A stretch of 64,000 nucleotides of DNA from Bacteroidia bacterium (GTDB taxonomy: Bacteria; Bacteroidota; Bacteroidia; NS11-12g; UBA9320), in assembly GCA_965216465.1 (NCBI GenBank), contig CBDCFW010000001.1, positions 1-64,000 on the forward strand, read 5' to 3'. Shown here piece after piece: positions 16,978-27,962 of the stretch (position 1 is its first letter; each line of letters opens with the position of its first letter). The translations under genes were made by a program, and so were the position numbers. The notes beneath the pieces were generated by a model, which was given only the letters and a program-made list of their open reading frames with translations, was not told the DNA's origin and made no database searches.

Positions 16978-18393
16978 TCAATTCGACTTCAACACCCTCA
17001 TCACTCCCACTTGATTGCCAGAAACAAGTTTTATAAAATACATGCCTTGTTGAAATTCAGCGATATTAATTATTTCTTCATTAAGTCCTGAGAATGAATC
17101 AATAGACTTATTGATTAATAGTTGTCCTTGAGCATTGAATACTTGCAAATGCCCATTACCAGATTGTAATGTATAGTATTCAATGGTAAGCTTGCCTTTA
17201 GTCGGATTTGGATAACAGTTTATTGAATTGAATTTACTCGATTTAGTTTGAATAGAAGCAGTTTGCTCTTCGTCAACCACTTTGATAGTATACCCTTGCG
17301 CTTTTAAGAGATTGCCGCTTGAATCCATGCCAACAGAATCGTAGAAGTGAGAAGAACAATGTTCAGTAAAAATATAAAGTTTTACTGGAATTTTTCCAAA
17401 ATGATTCACCTGGTACGTTGGGTTTTTTTCATCAGAGTAATTCCATCGATCAAAAATCCATAAGTACTTTGTTTCATTGTCAATGCCTATGCTGGAATTT
17501 ACAAGGTTAATGGAGTATGAAGTTGTAGAGTCAATAGTCGCGTAATACTGAGCTCTACACATCGAATCTTTGTAAATCACCATACACTGCGTATCTCGAC
17601 AATTGGCAATGGAATCGTATATGTACAAACATGCTTCTACTACTCCACTGTCTGAAGGTTGTAAAACATAAGATGGCCTCCAATCGCTAGATGTTGAAGA
17701 ATTATTAAACACCCAAGTTCTTACGTGGCCATTATAAGATGAGGAAGAATCTCCAAAAACAAGGCTATCTCCGTATGTTGTATATCTAAATTGAGCATCG
17801 CAGTCTGGCCAATCAATCAATTGCATTTGCAAATCACAAAAACGATTTAAACTGTCATACAGGTGGTAAGCAACCATACTTTGCTTGGAATGCACTCTAA
17901 AAGTATAATTGATGTTCTGCCCATCAACCGTAACTTCTTGAGCTCCCTGATGACTTATAATCTTCCATTTAGCACTGCCGCCAGGAGGTACAGCACTGCC
18001 ATTTAAACTTACTTTTTTAAAGTGATCAGTTCCTTTGGTATAAGTAAAGCTTGCATTGCATGCAGAACCATTGGCAACTTGAACGTAGTAGCTGAATGTT
18101 TTACCGCATGTTGTTCCATTTCCATCCTCAAAATGATAGCTGGTTGATACAAAAGAATCAGAACCGCTAAGTGTGAATGAGGTGGTTTGGCCTTGGTCGT
18201 AGTACACATTTCCCCTTATACGAAATGTCCATTTTGCAGTGTAGCCGTATGGAGGTGTACTACCAGTAAAATTTAATTTCTTTGGGTTGGATGGATCTTG
18301 ATCAAAAGTGAAATAGGTTTTACAATTTTGACCAAAAGTAGACTCAATAAAGAGAAAGCTCGAAATGAGAAAGAGGATTCTAAAAGTTTTCAT
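16978..18393 (-). CDS. PKD-like repeat protein with T9SS type A CTD
   Basis: Signal peptide; CxAxFxY PKD-like units; CYPNPTKG...GMYFIKL. Confidence 0.85.
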   Translation of the reverse strand: MKTFRILFLISSFLFIESTFGQNCKTYFTFDQDPSNPKKLNFTGSTPPYGYTAKWTFRIRGNVYYDQGQTTSFTLSGSDSFVSTSYHFEDGNGTTCGKTFSYYVQVANGSACNASFTYTKGTDHFKKVSLNGSAVPPGGSAKWKIISHQGAQEVTVDGQNINYTFRVHSKQSMVAYHLYDSLNRFCDLQMQLIDWPDCDAQFRYTTYGDSLVFGDSSSSYNGHVRTWVFNNSSTSSDWRPSYVLQPSDSGVVEACLYIYDSIANCRDTQCMVIYKDSMCRAQYYATIDSTTSYSINLVNSSIGIDNETKYLWIFDRWNYSDEKNPTYQVNHFGKIPVKLYIFTEHCSSHFYDSVGMDSSGNLLKAQGYTIKVVDEEQTASIQTKSSKFNSINCYPNPTKGKLTIEYYTLQSGNGHLQVFNAQGQLLINKSIDSFSGLNEEIINIAEFQQGMYFIKLVSGNQVGVMRVLKSN

Positions 18394-18453
18394 AAAAGTA
18401 TATTTTACTTATATACGATATGAAACTGAAAATGGTTGGCTGAAGAATTAAAA

Positions 18454-21400
18454 TTAATTCTGATCGCTCACTTCCAATATTAATTCTTTAACTTTTAACA
18501 AGAGTTCATCTTTGCTCTCAACTTCTATTAAGTGTACCTTCCCAAGATCATTTCCGCATACGATTCTAAATTCGGCTTGAATTTTTCCTTCATATGTTCG
18601 GTACAGACCCGAGATTTTACAGCTATTCGGGTACTCAGCACTTTTTATAAACTCTATATTAACTCCCTCATTGTCGCCTTCTTGTTCTAAGAGGAGGTCA
18701 ACCGCTTTTGCCAATTGAAGTGCATCCATTAAAGAATCTTTGTTCATAAACATCGATTGTACAAAGACTGTTTGAGGTGTGGCTAGAGGAATATTTTGTT
18801 TATCCGTGGAGCTTAGAATTCCAATATCAAAAGAACCTCCAGTTGGTACTAAAAGTTGTGGTTCTTGAATCCCTCCTATACCGCTTGCCAACACTGGTAC
18901 TCGCTCACGAGCGTAGTTAACAACTTTGTCTACATCTACCCTATTCTGATTAAATGTTACACCACCTCGCATGGCTTCTAACACCGAATAGGTCAGTAAT
19001 CCTTGTCCATATTTACTGGTCTCATAACTCACTTCATCAGCCGCACAACCCGATAAGATAAACATACCCATTCTGTCTTTCATGCGGTCAAATGCTTTGA
19101 GCTGTGATGCAGCTATGTCTCTGGATGCCAACATTTTATCTATTGCCTTTCCACTTCCGCACGCATCAATTATCATAACTTGTTTCAAAGCATTTATGTT
19201 TTTGAGATAAGTAATAAACTCTTGTGTCGATACGGCATGGCTCCCTAACAATACATCGTCTTCATAAAAGTCTTTATCTGCAGATTTCGCATCCGATGTA
19301 AGGAAATAAAAATCTCCATCATTTCCTCCCCAGCTTAAACCATGACCACTGAGGTAGATGAAAATTACATCCTCCGGTTTAGCTGTCTTTCCAATCTCTT
19401 CAAATACATCTTTAATGTTTTGTTTATTAGGAATTTTTTCACCACTGCTCGATAAGGTATGGATATAAGTGCGTTCTCCAAACAGGTTTTCTGCCCCAAG
19501 TTTCAATGCCTTGGTCACCGCTTCAGCATCGTTGGGTGGAAACTTTAGGTTTATGAATGGATTAGCATAGTCGCCCACTCCAATAACCACTCCATAAAAA
19601 CTGGGTAGAACGGTTTCTTCTTCATCTACCACATAGGTTATAGAAACGCCTTTACCTTGTATAAACCCATCTTCAGATGATGCTCTTATTTCGATGATAT
19701 TGGTGCCACTTTTAAGATAAGGTTGATTAGCCAAAGATAAATTAAGAACTTGGCTCAATGCCGATGTGTCTAATCTAGAACCTCTAATATCATTGCTTAC
19801 CTCTTTACCATTAATTAATACAGTTACTTCTCCATAACCGCCATCACGTTTAATAAGATTAATTGGAAGCATATTGTTTTCGACCTGGCCTAAACGAACT
19901 TCAGGCTGCAGATGTAGCTCATTAAGTCCCTTTACATCGGGTAATGCCTTCCCTTCCATAATCGTTTGTAATAAATTGGGTTGCCAATACCTATTTTTTA
20001 ATTGGGTAAAATCAATAACGTCTAATCCCTTGGTCCAATACATCAACTCCATGGCTTCTGCAGAGGCATCAAAAAAGCCATCCGGGTGAAGGTACACCCA
20101 TAAATCCTCTTTACCTTCAAATTCGAAGTAACGCAATACTTGTTTACCTGAAGTAGGGTCATAAAGTATAAAACTGCCATCAAGTGATGCAGTGACTATA
20201 TACTTACCATCATTCGTAAAAAAAGCTTTAGTTATAGTGTTCTTATGGTCTTTAAAATTGTAAACCACCTTGCCTGTTTTAAGATCAAAAACTCGAGCTT
20301 CATTGCTCGATGAAGCAACGATAATTCGCTTAACATCAGGACTTAACGACCACAATTGAGAGTACAAATTTGGTGCATCAAAATCGAAATATCTATTGGT
20401 GTTAAATTTATAACGAATGTCACCTCGATTAGCCTTGTACACTGTTGTACCGTTTCCACTCGCAATGAGATACGTTTGAGATGGATCAAAACTAGCCCCA
20501 ATATTTTGTTCAAGCATTTCGCCGTCGAGAGTTGGTCTAGCATTAATCGACCTTTCGTAGAACTTCAACATTTCTCCCGTTTTTGTACTGTGAATGCTCA
20601 CTGCACCTGAACTGATTATCAATTCTTTTGAATCTGCCGAGAAACTACAACTATTGATTTCTGGCCAATTGTTGCAACCTTCAAAAATGGATAAGATTTC
20701 TTCAGGAAACTTCTCCGGCAAATTTTCAATTGTTGCTATAAGGGAGTCGTTTTTTACATCGTATAAGTTGACCACATTTCGGGTATAAATGGCACAAAGC
20801 TCTTCGTTGCTTGAGAATACCATTTTATTTCCAGTAACATTTGTAACACGCTCATAATCTGGGTAATTAAATCTTAGATACAGCGTATCTCCATTCGCTC
20901 TGATCAAGTCGTGCTCCATATATCGGTCATCGAAAAACAACTTATCAGTTTCTTCATTGTAATCGCTTGGCAGATCTAGAGCTATTTCTTTTAAGTCTAG
21001 TTTGTTCAATCCTCTGCGGTCCTGCCAAAACAACCAATTGTTATCCTTTGAAAAGTAAACGCTCTGTTCTGCTGGTTTGACCTCAAAGCTTGCAACCCTT
21101 CCCAAATTTCCATATGACTTTGACCATAGCATTAGGCTATTTTCCCAAGCAACTATAAACTCACCATTCGGACTGTGCTTTACTGAAATATGGCCCCCCT
21201 CGTAGCTCTCATAGAGAGGGATGCTCTCTCCTGATGTAAGATCCAAATACTTAGCTTCATTCTTATTGCCAACCAGCATATAGTTTTCTGCTCCACAATA
21301 GGATAAAGAATAAATTTCTTTGTTTCTACCACCCAGTTTATGCTTTAATAGTTTATTCTGCTCATCATATATTTCAAGCACGGATTTATCGTAGCTATTG

Positions 21401-22254
21401 TTTCGTACGGTTAACCTTGAATTTGAACCTTCATTCTCTGGATTCACCAGCCTGTGAAGTCTGCCTCTCACATGTTGACTGAATCCAAATAGTTTCGAAT
21501 TTGCTAGTTCTAATGTATCGTAAATAGTGTCTTGCTGACTTACTAACTTCATGGTTTTCAAGTCATAACGCTTCAGCTTAGCAGAATCTAAAACTAAAAG
21601 CTGATTGTTTTCTATCGCTAGTGAAAACCACTTCCAATGTCTAATGCTATCTAGAACTTTATCACTCAAGCGTTTCCTTTTAACCACGTCGTATACTAAA
21701 TGGTCGTAATCTGTTTCAACCATGTATACCGAGTTTGATAGAAATGTATCATAAGTCCAATTCTCTTCAGGATTCTGTTTTGTAAGTTTCTTTTTAAAAA
21801 CATAAATCAACCTCCCGGTATTCACTTCAAAAAAACGAGGAAGACCCATTTCGGGGATAAGTAAAAGGTAGTTCTCGTCAGGGCTTAGAGCTATTCGTTC
21901 AATCGGTCGATCTAGATCGTACATCTGCAGCAGCTTTGCAGACTCTTTATCATAGAGCATGGCTGTACCATCTTTAGAAGCCGTGAGTATTTTTTCTTCT
22001 TGATGAATAAATCTGGCTTCTACAAGCTCATCAAAATGACCTTCAAAAGAGTGAATCAACACTCCTTCTTGCACATCAATAAGCTGTGCAGTTTTATCTC
22101 TTGAAGCGGTTAGAAGAAATCTTCCATCTTCACTAAATCTGGAAGAAACCACTTCATCAATATGGCTTATAGGCAAGCCTAGCTTCAAATTCTGAGCTTG
22201 AGAAAATAAACAGGCAAGAAGAAAAAGGAATAGTATGGGGATTTTGCGATTCAA
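18454..22254 (-). CDS. exported WD40-repeat protein with caspase-like (peptidase C14) domain
   Basis: WD40 repeats (LLTASRDKTA, IVTASLDG); catalytic His in YLSGHG and Cys in IIDACGSG; TTG start with signal peptide. Confidence 0.9.
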   Translation of the reverse strand: MNRKIPILFLFLLACLFSQAQNLKLGLPISHIDEVVSSRFSEDGRFLLTASRDKTAQLIDVQEGVLIHSFEGHFDELVEARFIHQEEKILTASKDGTAMLYDKESAKLLQMYDLDRPIERIALSPDENYLLLIPEMGLPRFFEVNTGRLIYVFKKKLTKQNPEENWTYDTFLSNSVYMVETDYDHLVYDVVKRKRLSDKVLDSIRHWKWFSLAIENNQLLVLDSAKLKRYDLKTMKLVSQQDTIYDTLELANSKLFGFSQHVRGRLHRLVNPENEGSNSRLTVRNNSYDKSVLEIYDEQNKLLKHKLGGRNKEIYSLSYCGAENYMLVGNKNEAKYLDLTSGESIPLYESYEGGHISVKHSPNGEFIVAWENSLMLWSKSYGNLGRVASFEVKPAEQSVYFSKDNNWLFWQDRRGLNKLDLKEIALDLPSDYNEETDKLFFDDRYMEHDLIRANGDTLYLRFNYPDYERVTNVTGNKMVFSSNEELCAIYTRNVVNLYDVKNDSLIATIENLPEKFPEEILSIFEGCNNWPEINSCSFSADSKELIISSGAVSIHSTKTGEMLKFYERSINARPTLDGEMLEQNIGASFDPSQTYLIASGNGTTVYKANRGDIRYKFNTNRYFDFDAPNLYSQLWSLSPDVKRIIVASSSNEARVFDLKTGKVVYNFKDHKNTITKAFFTNDGKYIVTASLDGSFILYDPTSGKQVLRYFEFEGKEDLWVYLHPDGFFDASAEAMELMYWTKGLDVIDFTQLKNRYWQPNLLQTIMEGKALPDVKGLNELHLQPEVRLGQVENNMLPINLIKRDGGYGEVTVLINGKEVSNDIRGSRLDTSALSQVLNLSLANQPYLKSGTNIIEIRASSEDGFIQGKGVSITYVVDEEETVLPSFYGVVIGVGDYANPFINLKFPPNDAEAVTKALKLGAENLFGERTYIHTLSSSGEKIPNKQNIKDVFEEIGKTAKPEDVIFIYLSGHGLSWGGNDGDFYFLTSDAKSADKDFYEDDVLLGSHAVSTQEFITYLKNINALKQVMIIDACGSGKAIDKMLASRDIAASQLKAFDRMKDRMGMFILSGCAADEVSYETSKYGQGLLTYSVLEAMRGGVTFNQNRVDVDKVVNYARERVPVLASGIGGIQEPQLLVPTGGSFDIGILSSTDKQNIPLATPQTVFVQSMFMNKDSLMDALQLAKAVDLLLEQEGDNEGVNIEFIKSAEYPNSCKISGLYRTYEGKIQAEFRIVCGNDLGKVHLIEVESKDELLLKVKELILEVSDQN

Positions 22255-22318
22255 GGCAAGTTGGGCTTACCAAATATACACAAATTGGCCTAAACCATTT
22301 GATAGATTTACTGAAGCA

Positions 22319-24037
22319 TTAGTACTTGATAATCTTCTTTGCCTGATCTCCAGATTTTACGATATAAATCCCGGGCTGCAAGGTGGTAATGTCAATTTCT
22401 CCATAAGCTCCCCATTCTGTGTCGATTAACAATTGGCCCGCAGAACTGTATACTTGCACAGATTGGCTCTGTTCGCAAAAGTTGTCTGCCAAGTAAAGGT
22501 TTTCAGCAGTTGGGTTAGGATACATCACCAAATCACAATCTTCTTCTTGATAGAAAAATAATCTGAAGGGTTCCGTCCCAAGATTTTCGTCGTAGCCGGC
22601 ATAAATCAATACATCGCCTAAGAATACTGCAGGAGGAATATATCCAGAGGATTGGCCATATTGAGCAACTCCCCCACCTGAATACTTATAACTTTCGGTT
22701 TGATTTGTAGTTAAATCTAGACTAACCCATTGTCTATAACGTGATGAATGCACATTAAACCATAAGCTATTGTTTTTGCGAATGGGTTCAGATAGATAGC
22801 TGGTGCCGTTATGAATCATAATGCTCGACACTTGGTCTCCATCTGTACTGAATACATGGTTATTGAGTTTAAATATTTTCTTGTTTCCTTCTTCGTAGTA
22901 GAGGGTTAAAAACCCAGGTTGATATGGCAATGAAATTTCGGCATCCATAGGTATAGTAGCGAAATTCGTACCGTTATACTTCAAGAAATTATTCCGGTAA
23001 TGAAGCATAAAGTAATCTCCTACCGGAATCATACCACTTACATCCCACTGTTGAAACATAAGGTCGTTGGGAGTCAGTTGTTGCACGATTTGGCCATCAC
23101 TTACGATCGTTAAGACATAATCTCTCCAAAATACCACACCGTGTTTAAATGCTGTTAAATTAGAAGGTGTAAATGTCCAGTACGGTGAAGTCAAAAGCCG
23201 ATTAGCTCTTGTTTCCTGAGCGTCGAATTTGTAAAGATGACCTAAACGGCCATCGATAGTCATCACAAAATAAAGTTGAGCATTGTGTTCAGCATACTGC
23301 ATGCCCCATGGAACTCCATTAATTCTCATGATGCGATAAGTTCCTGCTGTCGTTCCGTCGGTCACCCACATATCAAAACCAGAATTCGCATTCGAACTAC
23401 TTTGAGCAGCAAACACTAACCGATTTTGGAAAGGTTTGAACTCCAATGGATTGTAGGCCAGGCCATCTCGATCACTGCTTAGTTCATATGCTGTGTGATT
23501 TAGTGTATTATATGCCCATAATCGAGTGTCGACAGTAAAAAGTAGCAAATCACCAAAGGATCTGAGTATGGATGGACTAGCTCCGCCAGCGTCATGTTCC
23601 ACTTTTCGAGTGCCTTCAACTGTTCCGTCACTTATCCATAAAACATAGACGTCAGATTCATCCCTAGCCACAAAAAACAGATAGCTATTGAGTACAGAAA
23701 GTTCAGAAACATGGGTCCAGCTAGTCTTTCCCGGGCCATAAGCTAGCTGCGTACCTTCCTTTGTTCCGTCGGTGAACCAAATTTGTCTATATGATTCTGG
23801 TACATTCGCAATGAAGGCTACCAGACCATTAAATTCAGTAAAGTGATCTGGCCTAGAATGACCGATTCGTCCTTCTGCTGAATCTGTCTCTTCGATAGCC
23901 ATTATGTTCTTGACCATCTCGATTTGTTGAGCTTGCGTAGCCATAGCACATAAAGAGGTCAATAGCACGACTAATAACCGTAAATTGATTCTAAAGAAGT
24001 GAAATCTAGTTATATAAAAGAGGTTGATACCAATCAT
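22319..24037 (-). CDS. ELWxxDGT-repeat protein with T9SS type A CTD
   Basis: IWFTDGTKEGT, LWISDGTVEGT and MWVTDGTTAGT; MYPNPT CTD; start uncertain (ATG 24037 follows TAATTTTG). Confidence 0.85.
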   Translation of the reverse strand: MIGINLFYITRFHFFRINLRLLVVLLTSLCAMATQAQQIEMVKNIMAIEETDSAEGRIGHSRPDHFTEFNGLVAFIANVPESYRQIWFTDGTKEGTQLAYGPGKTSWTHVSELSVLNSYLFFVARDESDVYVLWISDGTVEGTRKVEHDAGGASPSILRSFGDLLLFTVDTRLWAYNTLNHTAYELSSDRDGLAYNPLEFKPFQNRLVFAAQSSSNANSGFDMWVTDGTTAGTYRIMRINGVPWGMQYAEHNAQLYFVMTIDGRLGHLYKFDAQETRANRLLTSPYWTFTPSNLTAFKHGVVFWRDYVLTIVSDGQIVQQLTPNDLMFQQWDVSGMIPVGDYFMLHYRNNFLKYNGTNFATIPMDAEISLPYQPGFLTLYYEEGNKKIFKLNNHVFSTDGDQVSSIMIHNGTSYLSEPIRKNNSLWFNVHSSRYRQWVSLDLTTNQTESYKYSGGGVAQYGQSSGYIPPAVFLGDVLIYAGYDENLGTEPFRLFFYQEEDCDLVMYPNPTAENLYLADNFCEQSQSVQVYSSAGQLLIDTEWGAYGEIDITTLQPGIYIVKSGDQAKKIIKY

Positions 24038-24134
24038 GGGGAAAACCAAAATTAAGCTTCTTGACCCATTATTTGCAAGTATACTAAACACTTATGGTTT
24101 GATCAGAGTATCAATTTAAGCGAATAAAGGCCAT

Positions 24135-24170
24135 AAAAAAAGGCCCATTTCGTCAGAAACAGGCCTCTTT
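24135..24170 (-). terminator. rho-independent terminator
   Basis: Minus strand gaggcctgtttc-tgac-gaaatgggcctt followed by a T-run. Confidence 0.75.
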
Positions 24171-24224
24171 GAGGCTCTTACTTAAACAATAAAACCTCTT
24201 TTGGATATTAACAAGTAGATTAAA

Positions 24225-26018
24225 CTATCGAACTACAATCAGTCGGTGTACCTCCGAACTATTTTGGGTATTGATGTACACCAAGTATTGACCATTGCGT
24301 ACACCCGCCAAACTAATACGCGAGTCATTTAGCGGTTGATCCAATACTGTTTGACCAATTGAGTTTACTATTTTGATATCGTAACTTCCTCTCACCATTC
24401 CTTTAACTTCTATAAAAGAATTTGCTGGATTTGGACTTACAGTGAGTAACTTAATTTCTTTTGATGCCAGTGTAACAATGTCAGAGTATTCAACAGAATT
24501 ATCCCAATCTTCTATGCGCAATCTGTAGAAAAGATCTGCTTTAGGAGCGTTGTAATCTACAAACTGATATGCTCGAATTGAATTGCTATTGCCATAGGCA
24601 TCAACTTGCCCCACTGTTTCAAAGTTTTGACCATCTACAGATCTTTCAACAATAAATGCTCTAACATTTTTTTCAGTTGCTGTAGTCCATGATACGATTG
24701 CATCTTCATTCTCTCTGGTCGCCTTAAAGTCAACTAACTCTGCAGGCAATGGGTTTAGAATGAACGCAGAAGCCGTACATCCATTAACATCTGTTGCAAC
24801 AGCATATAAACTGTCTTGGTTAGCATAAAACCAAAAACATGAATCGTAAACGTGATCAACTGAATTTCCATAGTCAGTTAGTCCGTCTGGAAAGTGCCAT
24901 ACAACATTCGAAATATTTTGTCCATCGTACTGTTCAGCAGTGGTTGTGCTATACGTCCATACAAAGTCTTCGCAAAGAATATGATTATCATCAACGTTGT
25001 ATTGAACGGCCAATGTTGGCAACTTATACCAAGTTGCTTGATAAATAGCAGTATCTGCACAGCCAAAGTCGTCATTCACGATAAGGGCATAATTTCTTAT
25101 AGTACTGTCAATCGTTTCATTATGAGTTACATGAATAGATTCAGTGGTTACATCTGTAGAAAAGGTACCGTTGTAATCTAAGTCCCATGCGAAGGTTAAA
25201 GAATCATTTGGATCTCCTCCGCTTAACTCAGATGCAAGCGTTGCTCCATCTAAATCTAAAGTTTCACCTGAACACAGCGTTGCTGCACTTAAACTAGAAA
25301 CGGTAGGTGGCGTATTGATAAAGAAATCTTGATCAACCCACAAAGTGTCTACCAACTGCGATGCAAAAACTTGTCCTGCGTGTGCAACTATATTAACCAG
25401 TTTAATACTTCCTTGACTTCCATTAATATCACAAGGATTTAAGATGTCGGTTAAACCAATACTCATCTCAAAGAAATGCTTACAAGACCCTGCGCAGGTT
25501 GAATCACCAACAGCAACATCAAAAGACACAGCTGGATTTACAACCATTTTAGAAGTCACTGAATTCCAAGTTCTAAGTTCTTTATTGATAATTGTTCCTG
25601 TAGAAAGGTTAAAAAAGATATTCATATCTGCCCCGTTATGATCTAAATCACCGGTGCTTGCATCAAGGTCTGAATCGATAAATACAGAAAATGAAGCATC
25701 TCCTGTACAATTAGCCTTACGTGTAAAAGCGAACATTAAGTCAGAAGTGTTGCTCTGAAACCACACTCGACTGATGTCAGAACTTGAAGGAACCCCTGGA
25801 GGATCAGCTTGATCAACCGCATCAGCAGTTAGACTCCACTCACCTGGACAATTGTTTCCATCAATGGTAACTTGTGCGCTTGCAGTATTAAATAAAAAAG
25901 CAAGAACAACCAAAGTAACTTTCAATCCTTTAGTGGTATTTGTTAAAATAGAATTTGTGATACTGTTGTTGGTAGTAGTCACAAAAAAATCGTGAACAAA
26001 GAGAGTAATCTTCTTCAT
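24225..26018 (-). CDS. T9SS-secreted surface protein (PKD-like domains, LPxEL-Ig module, type A CTD)
   Basis: PLPAELVDFKA...WTTATE...ERSVDG...FYRLRIED module; VSPNPA CTD; start at ATG 26018 fits the upstream sigma-54 site. Confidence 0.85.
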   Translation of the reverse strand: MKKITLFVHDFFVTTTNNSITNSILTNTTKGLKVTLVVLAFLFNTASAQVTIDGNNCPGEWSLTADAVDQADPPGVPSSSDISRVWFQSNTSDLMFAFTRKANCTGDASFSVFIDSDLDASTGDLDHNGADMNIFFNLSTGTIINKELRTWNSVTSKMVVNPAVSFDVAVGDSTCAGSCKHFFEMSIGLTDILNPCDINGSQGSIKLVNIVAHAGQVFASQLVDTLWVDQDFFINTPPTVSSLSAATLCSGETLDLDGATLASELSGGDPNDSLTFAWDLDYNGTFSTDVTTESIHVTHNETIDSTIRNYALIVNDDFGCADTAIYQATWYKLPTLAVQYNVDDNHILCEDFVWTYSTTTAEQYDGQNISNVVWHFPDGLTDYGNSVDHVYDSCFWFYANQDSLYAVATDVNGCTASAFILNPLPAELVDFKATRENEDAIVSWTTATEKNVRAFIVERSVDGQNFETVGQVDAYGNSNSIRAYQFVDYNAPKADLFYRLRIEDWDNSVEYSDIVTLASKEIKLLTVSPNPANSFIEVKGMVRGSYDIKIVNSIGQTVLDQPLNDSRISLAGVRNGQYLVYINTQNSSEVHRLIVVR

Positions 26019-26049
26019 AATGTAAGTAATTAAGGTTGCCATATTAAAT

Positions 26050-26064
26050 ACAACGGCTGTGCCA
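26050..26064 (-). promoter_or_regulatory. sigma-54 (-24/-12) promoter
   Basis: Minus strand TGGCAC-AGCCG-TTGT, 31 nt upstream of ATG 26018. Confidence 0.7.
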
Positions 26065-26256
26065 AAGCGACTTAAAGAACTGCTATATAGCTGATATACA
26101 GAATATTACATGCTTATATTTGGAATTTTATCAGAGCAATTAAACTACTTAAATTCTCTCGTTTATAGACTGTAGTCTCTTTTTGAGAGATAAGTGTCGG
26201 ATGAAATTGGAGCCAAATTTGTGGACTATCGCCTGTCTATCGTTACGCTGTGCTCT

Positions 26257-27405
26257 TTATCGAAAATAAAAATTTTGATTCGTCGATGTAAATGTTAGTA
26301 CCCTTCGGTTACTAAAAGTAATGTCTTCTAACAATGCACCATTAGGATCTAAAAGTTGATCGACACGATACTGACACTTTGCGGCAAACGAGGGTTCCTT
26401 TCTACCAAGCTCTGAGTATTCTTCAACTGCTAGTTTTCTTTGGCCCAAAATTTCATAACACATAGCCAAGTACCATGCGTTCGTATAATTCATTTCTTTT
26501 GCTGCTTGGAATAACTTTAGGGCTTCGTCATTCTGTTTTAATCGCAAATGACATGCCCCTCTATTAAGCAACTCTTGAGTCCCAGAATCAATTTCGAGTC
26601 GAAGTTCAAATCTGCCTAAGGCCTCCACTGTTCGTCCAGAGTCGTAGAGCTCACCTCCAATGATTGAGTGCAATTTCCCTATTTGCTGCAGGGATAGAGA
26701 AGTATCACTTCGTATCATATCATCTACAACCTTGACTCCTTCGTCAAGGCTAATGTCAACATGAGCATAAACTTCCGTAACTTTTTCACTCCAGATAAGA
26801 AGCATTTTAGTTTCAGCGGAAGCTTGTTCCATTATTTGAGGCATTACACTATCGATAGAAGGCATTTCAGGCTCAGAATTTAGGTTAAACATGAAACCTA
26901 CTATTGCAAGCACAATGCTTACTCCCCAACCAGCAATCAAATTTCGGTTACGTTCATCTTTACTGTTCTTCCTTAGCTCATCTAGGTAGGGTCTTTCGAT
27001 CCAAGATTTAATAAGAGCGGACTGAACATCAAGGTATGAAGAGCCTGTAAAAAGTTGATCAGTTTGCTCATCGTGGCCTACAAACCCATGTAAAAAAAGA
27101 AAATCAACAACAATTTTCAGCTCGTCATTATTGAGCACTTCGCTGCTGAGAATTGTAAGATTTAGTCGATCATCAACTATTAACACCTGAAAATCACCGA
27201 TTACAAGATGTAGCCAATCGTCGCTGTGATAAACAAATTCAATCCCTAATTTATTAAGATGATGCATTAGCTCACCCTTCCATTGCATTGAAATAAAATA
27301 GTCACTATCCTCATCTACAGGCGATGAATCTAGCTGATACTTAAACATATGAATATCTCCTTCTTTTAGATTTGGGGCCTTATAAAAAGTAAGTGTATAG
27401 CTCAT
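26257..27405 (-). CDS. single-pass membrane protein with C-terminal TPR repeats
   Basis: Central TM helix LIAGWGVSIVLAIVGFMF; TPR-like LLNRGACHLRL...AWYLAMCYEILG. Confidence 0.75.
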   Translation of the reverse strand: MSYTLTFYKAPNLKEGDIHMFKYQLDSSPVDEDSDYFISMQWKGELMHHLNKLGIEFVYHSDDWLHLVIGDFQVLIVDDRLNLTILSSEVLNNDELKIVVDFLFLHGFVGHDEQTDQLFTGSSYLDVQSALIKSWIERPYLDELRKNSKDERNRNLIAGWGVSIVLAIVGFMFNLNSEPEMPSIDSVMPQIMEQASAETKMLLIWSEKVTEVYAHVDISLDEGVKVVDDMIRSDTSLSLQQIGKLHSIIGGELYDSGRTVEALGRFELRLEIDSGTQELLNRGACHLRLKQNDEALKLFQAAKEMNYTNAWYLAMCYEILGQRKLAVEEYSELGRKEPSFAAKCQYRVDQLLDPNGALLEDITFSNRRVLTFTSTNQNFYFR

Positions 27406-27962
27406 TTCATCTCTGCACTTTGGTCCAAGTTAAGTAGTGCTATGTTTTGCATAACAATTTGGAGCTTTGTTCTTCGTTCTTTTTCAGCAACATGCAAGCT
27501 AGCTGAGAGCTGTTCAAGTATACCATTCTCATCTTCTTGCGTTATAATTAGTCTAACATTATGCTCTTGTTTTTTCATCTGATCTAGTGCGTATACTGCA
27601 TTTCGGAGTATTTCTAGCTTCCAATTGAACTCAAAATCCGTTAACTCTTCTAAAATTAACAATGCATTACTTTCTCTGAACCATTCCCAATGAAATTCTA
27701 ATATTTGATTGATGTTATAACGTTTAGATGTATTTTGTGATCCGTACAATCTATGTTTCCTCAAAAATTCAATGTACTCATCAAAAGTCTTCATCCCTTT
27801 TGAAAAATGATAGGTTTCGCGATCATTTGTGTACTTGAGTTCATTAACTAGCCGTTTACGATCAAGCACACTCCCGCCGACTATAAGCAGGTGCTTTTTT
27901 GCTAGTATTTCGTGAGGTCTAGTTTTATGTCCAATTACAGAATCACTCAAATGATAGCTCAT
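27402..27962 (-). CDS. hypothetical protein, possibly a degenerate P-loop domain
   Basis: HLLIVGGSVLDRKRL (Walker-A-like position lacking GKT) and LLILEE (Walker-B-like); overlaps both neighbours. Confidence 0.6.
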   Translation of the reverse strand: MSYHLSDSVIGHKTRPHEILAKKHLLIVGGSVLDRKRLVNELKYTNDRETYHFSKGMKTFDEYIEFLRKHRLYGSQNTSKRYNINQILEFHWEWFRESNALLILEELTDFEFNWKLEILRNAVYALDQMKKQEHNVRLIITQEDENGILEQLSASLHVAEKERRTKLQIVMQNIALLNLDQSAEMK

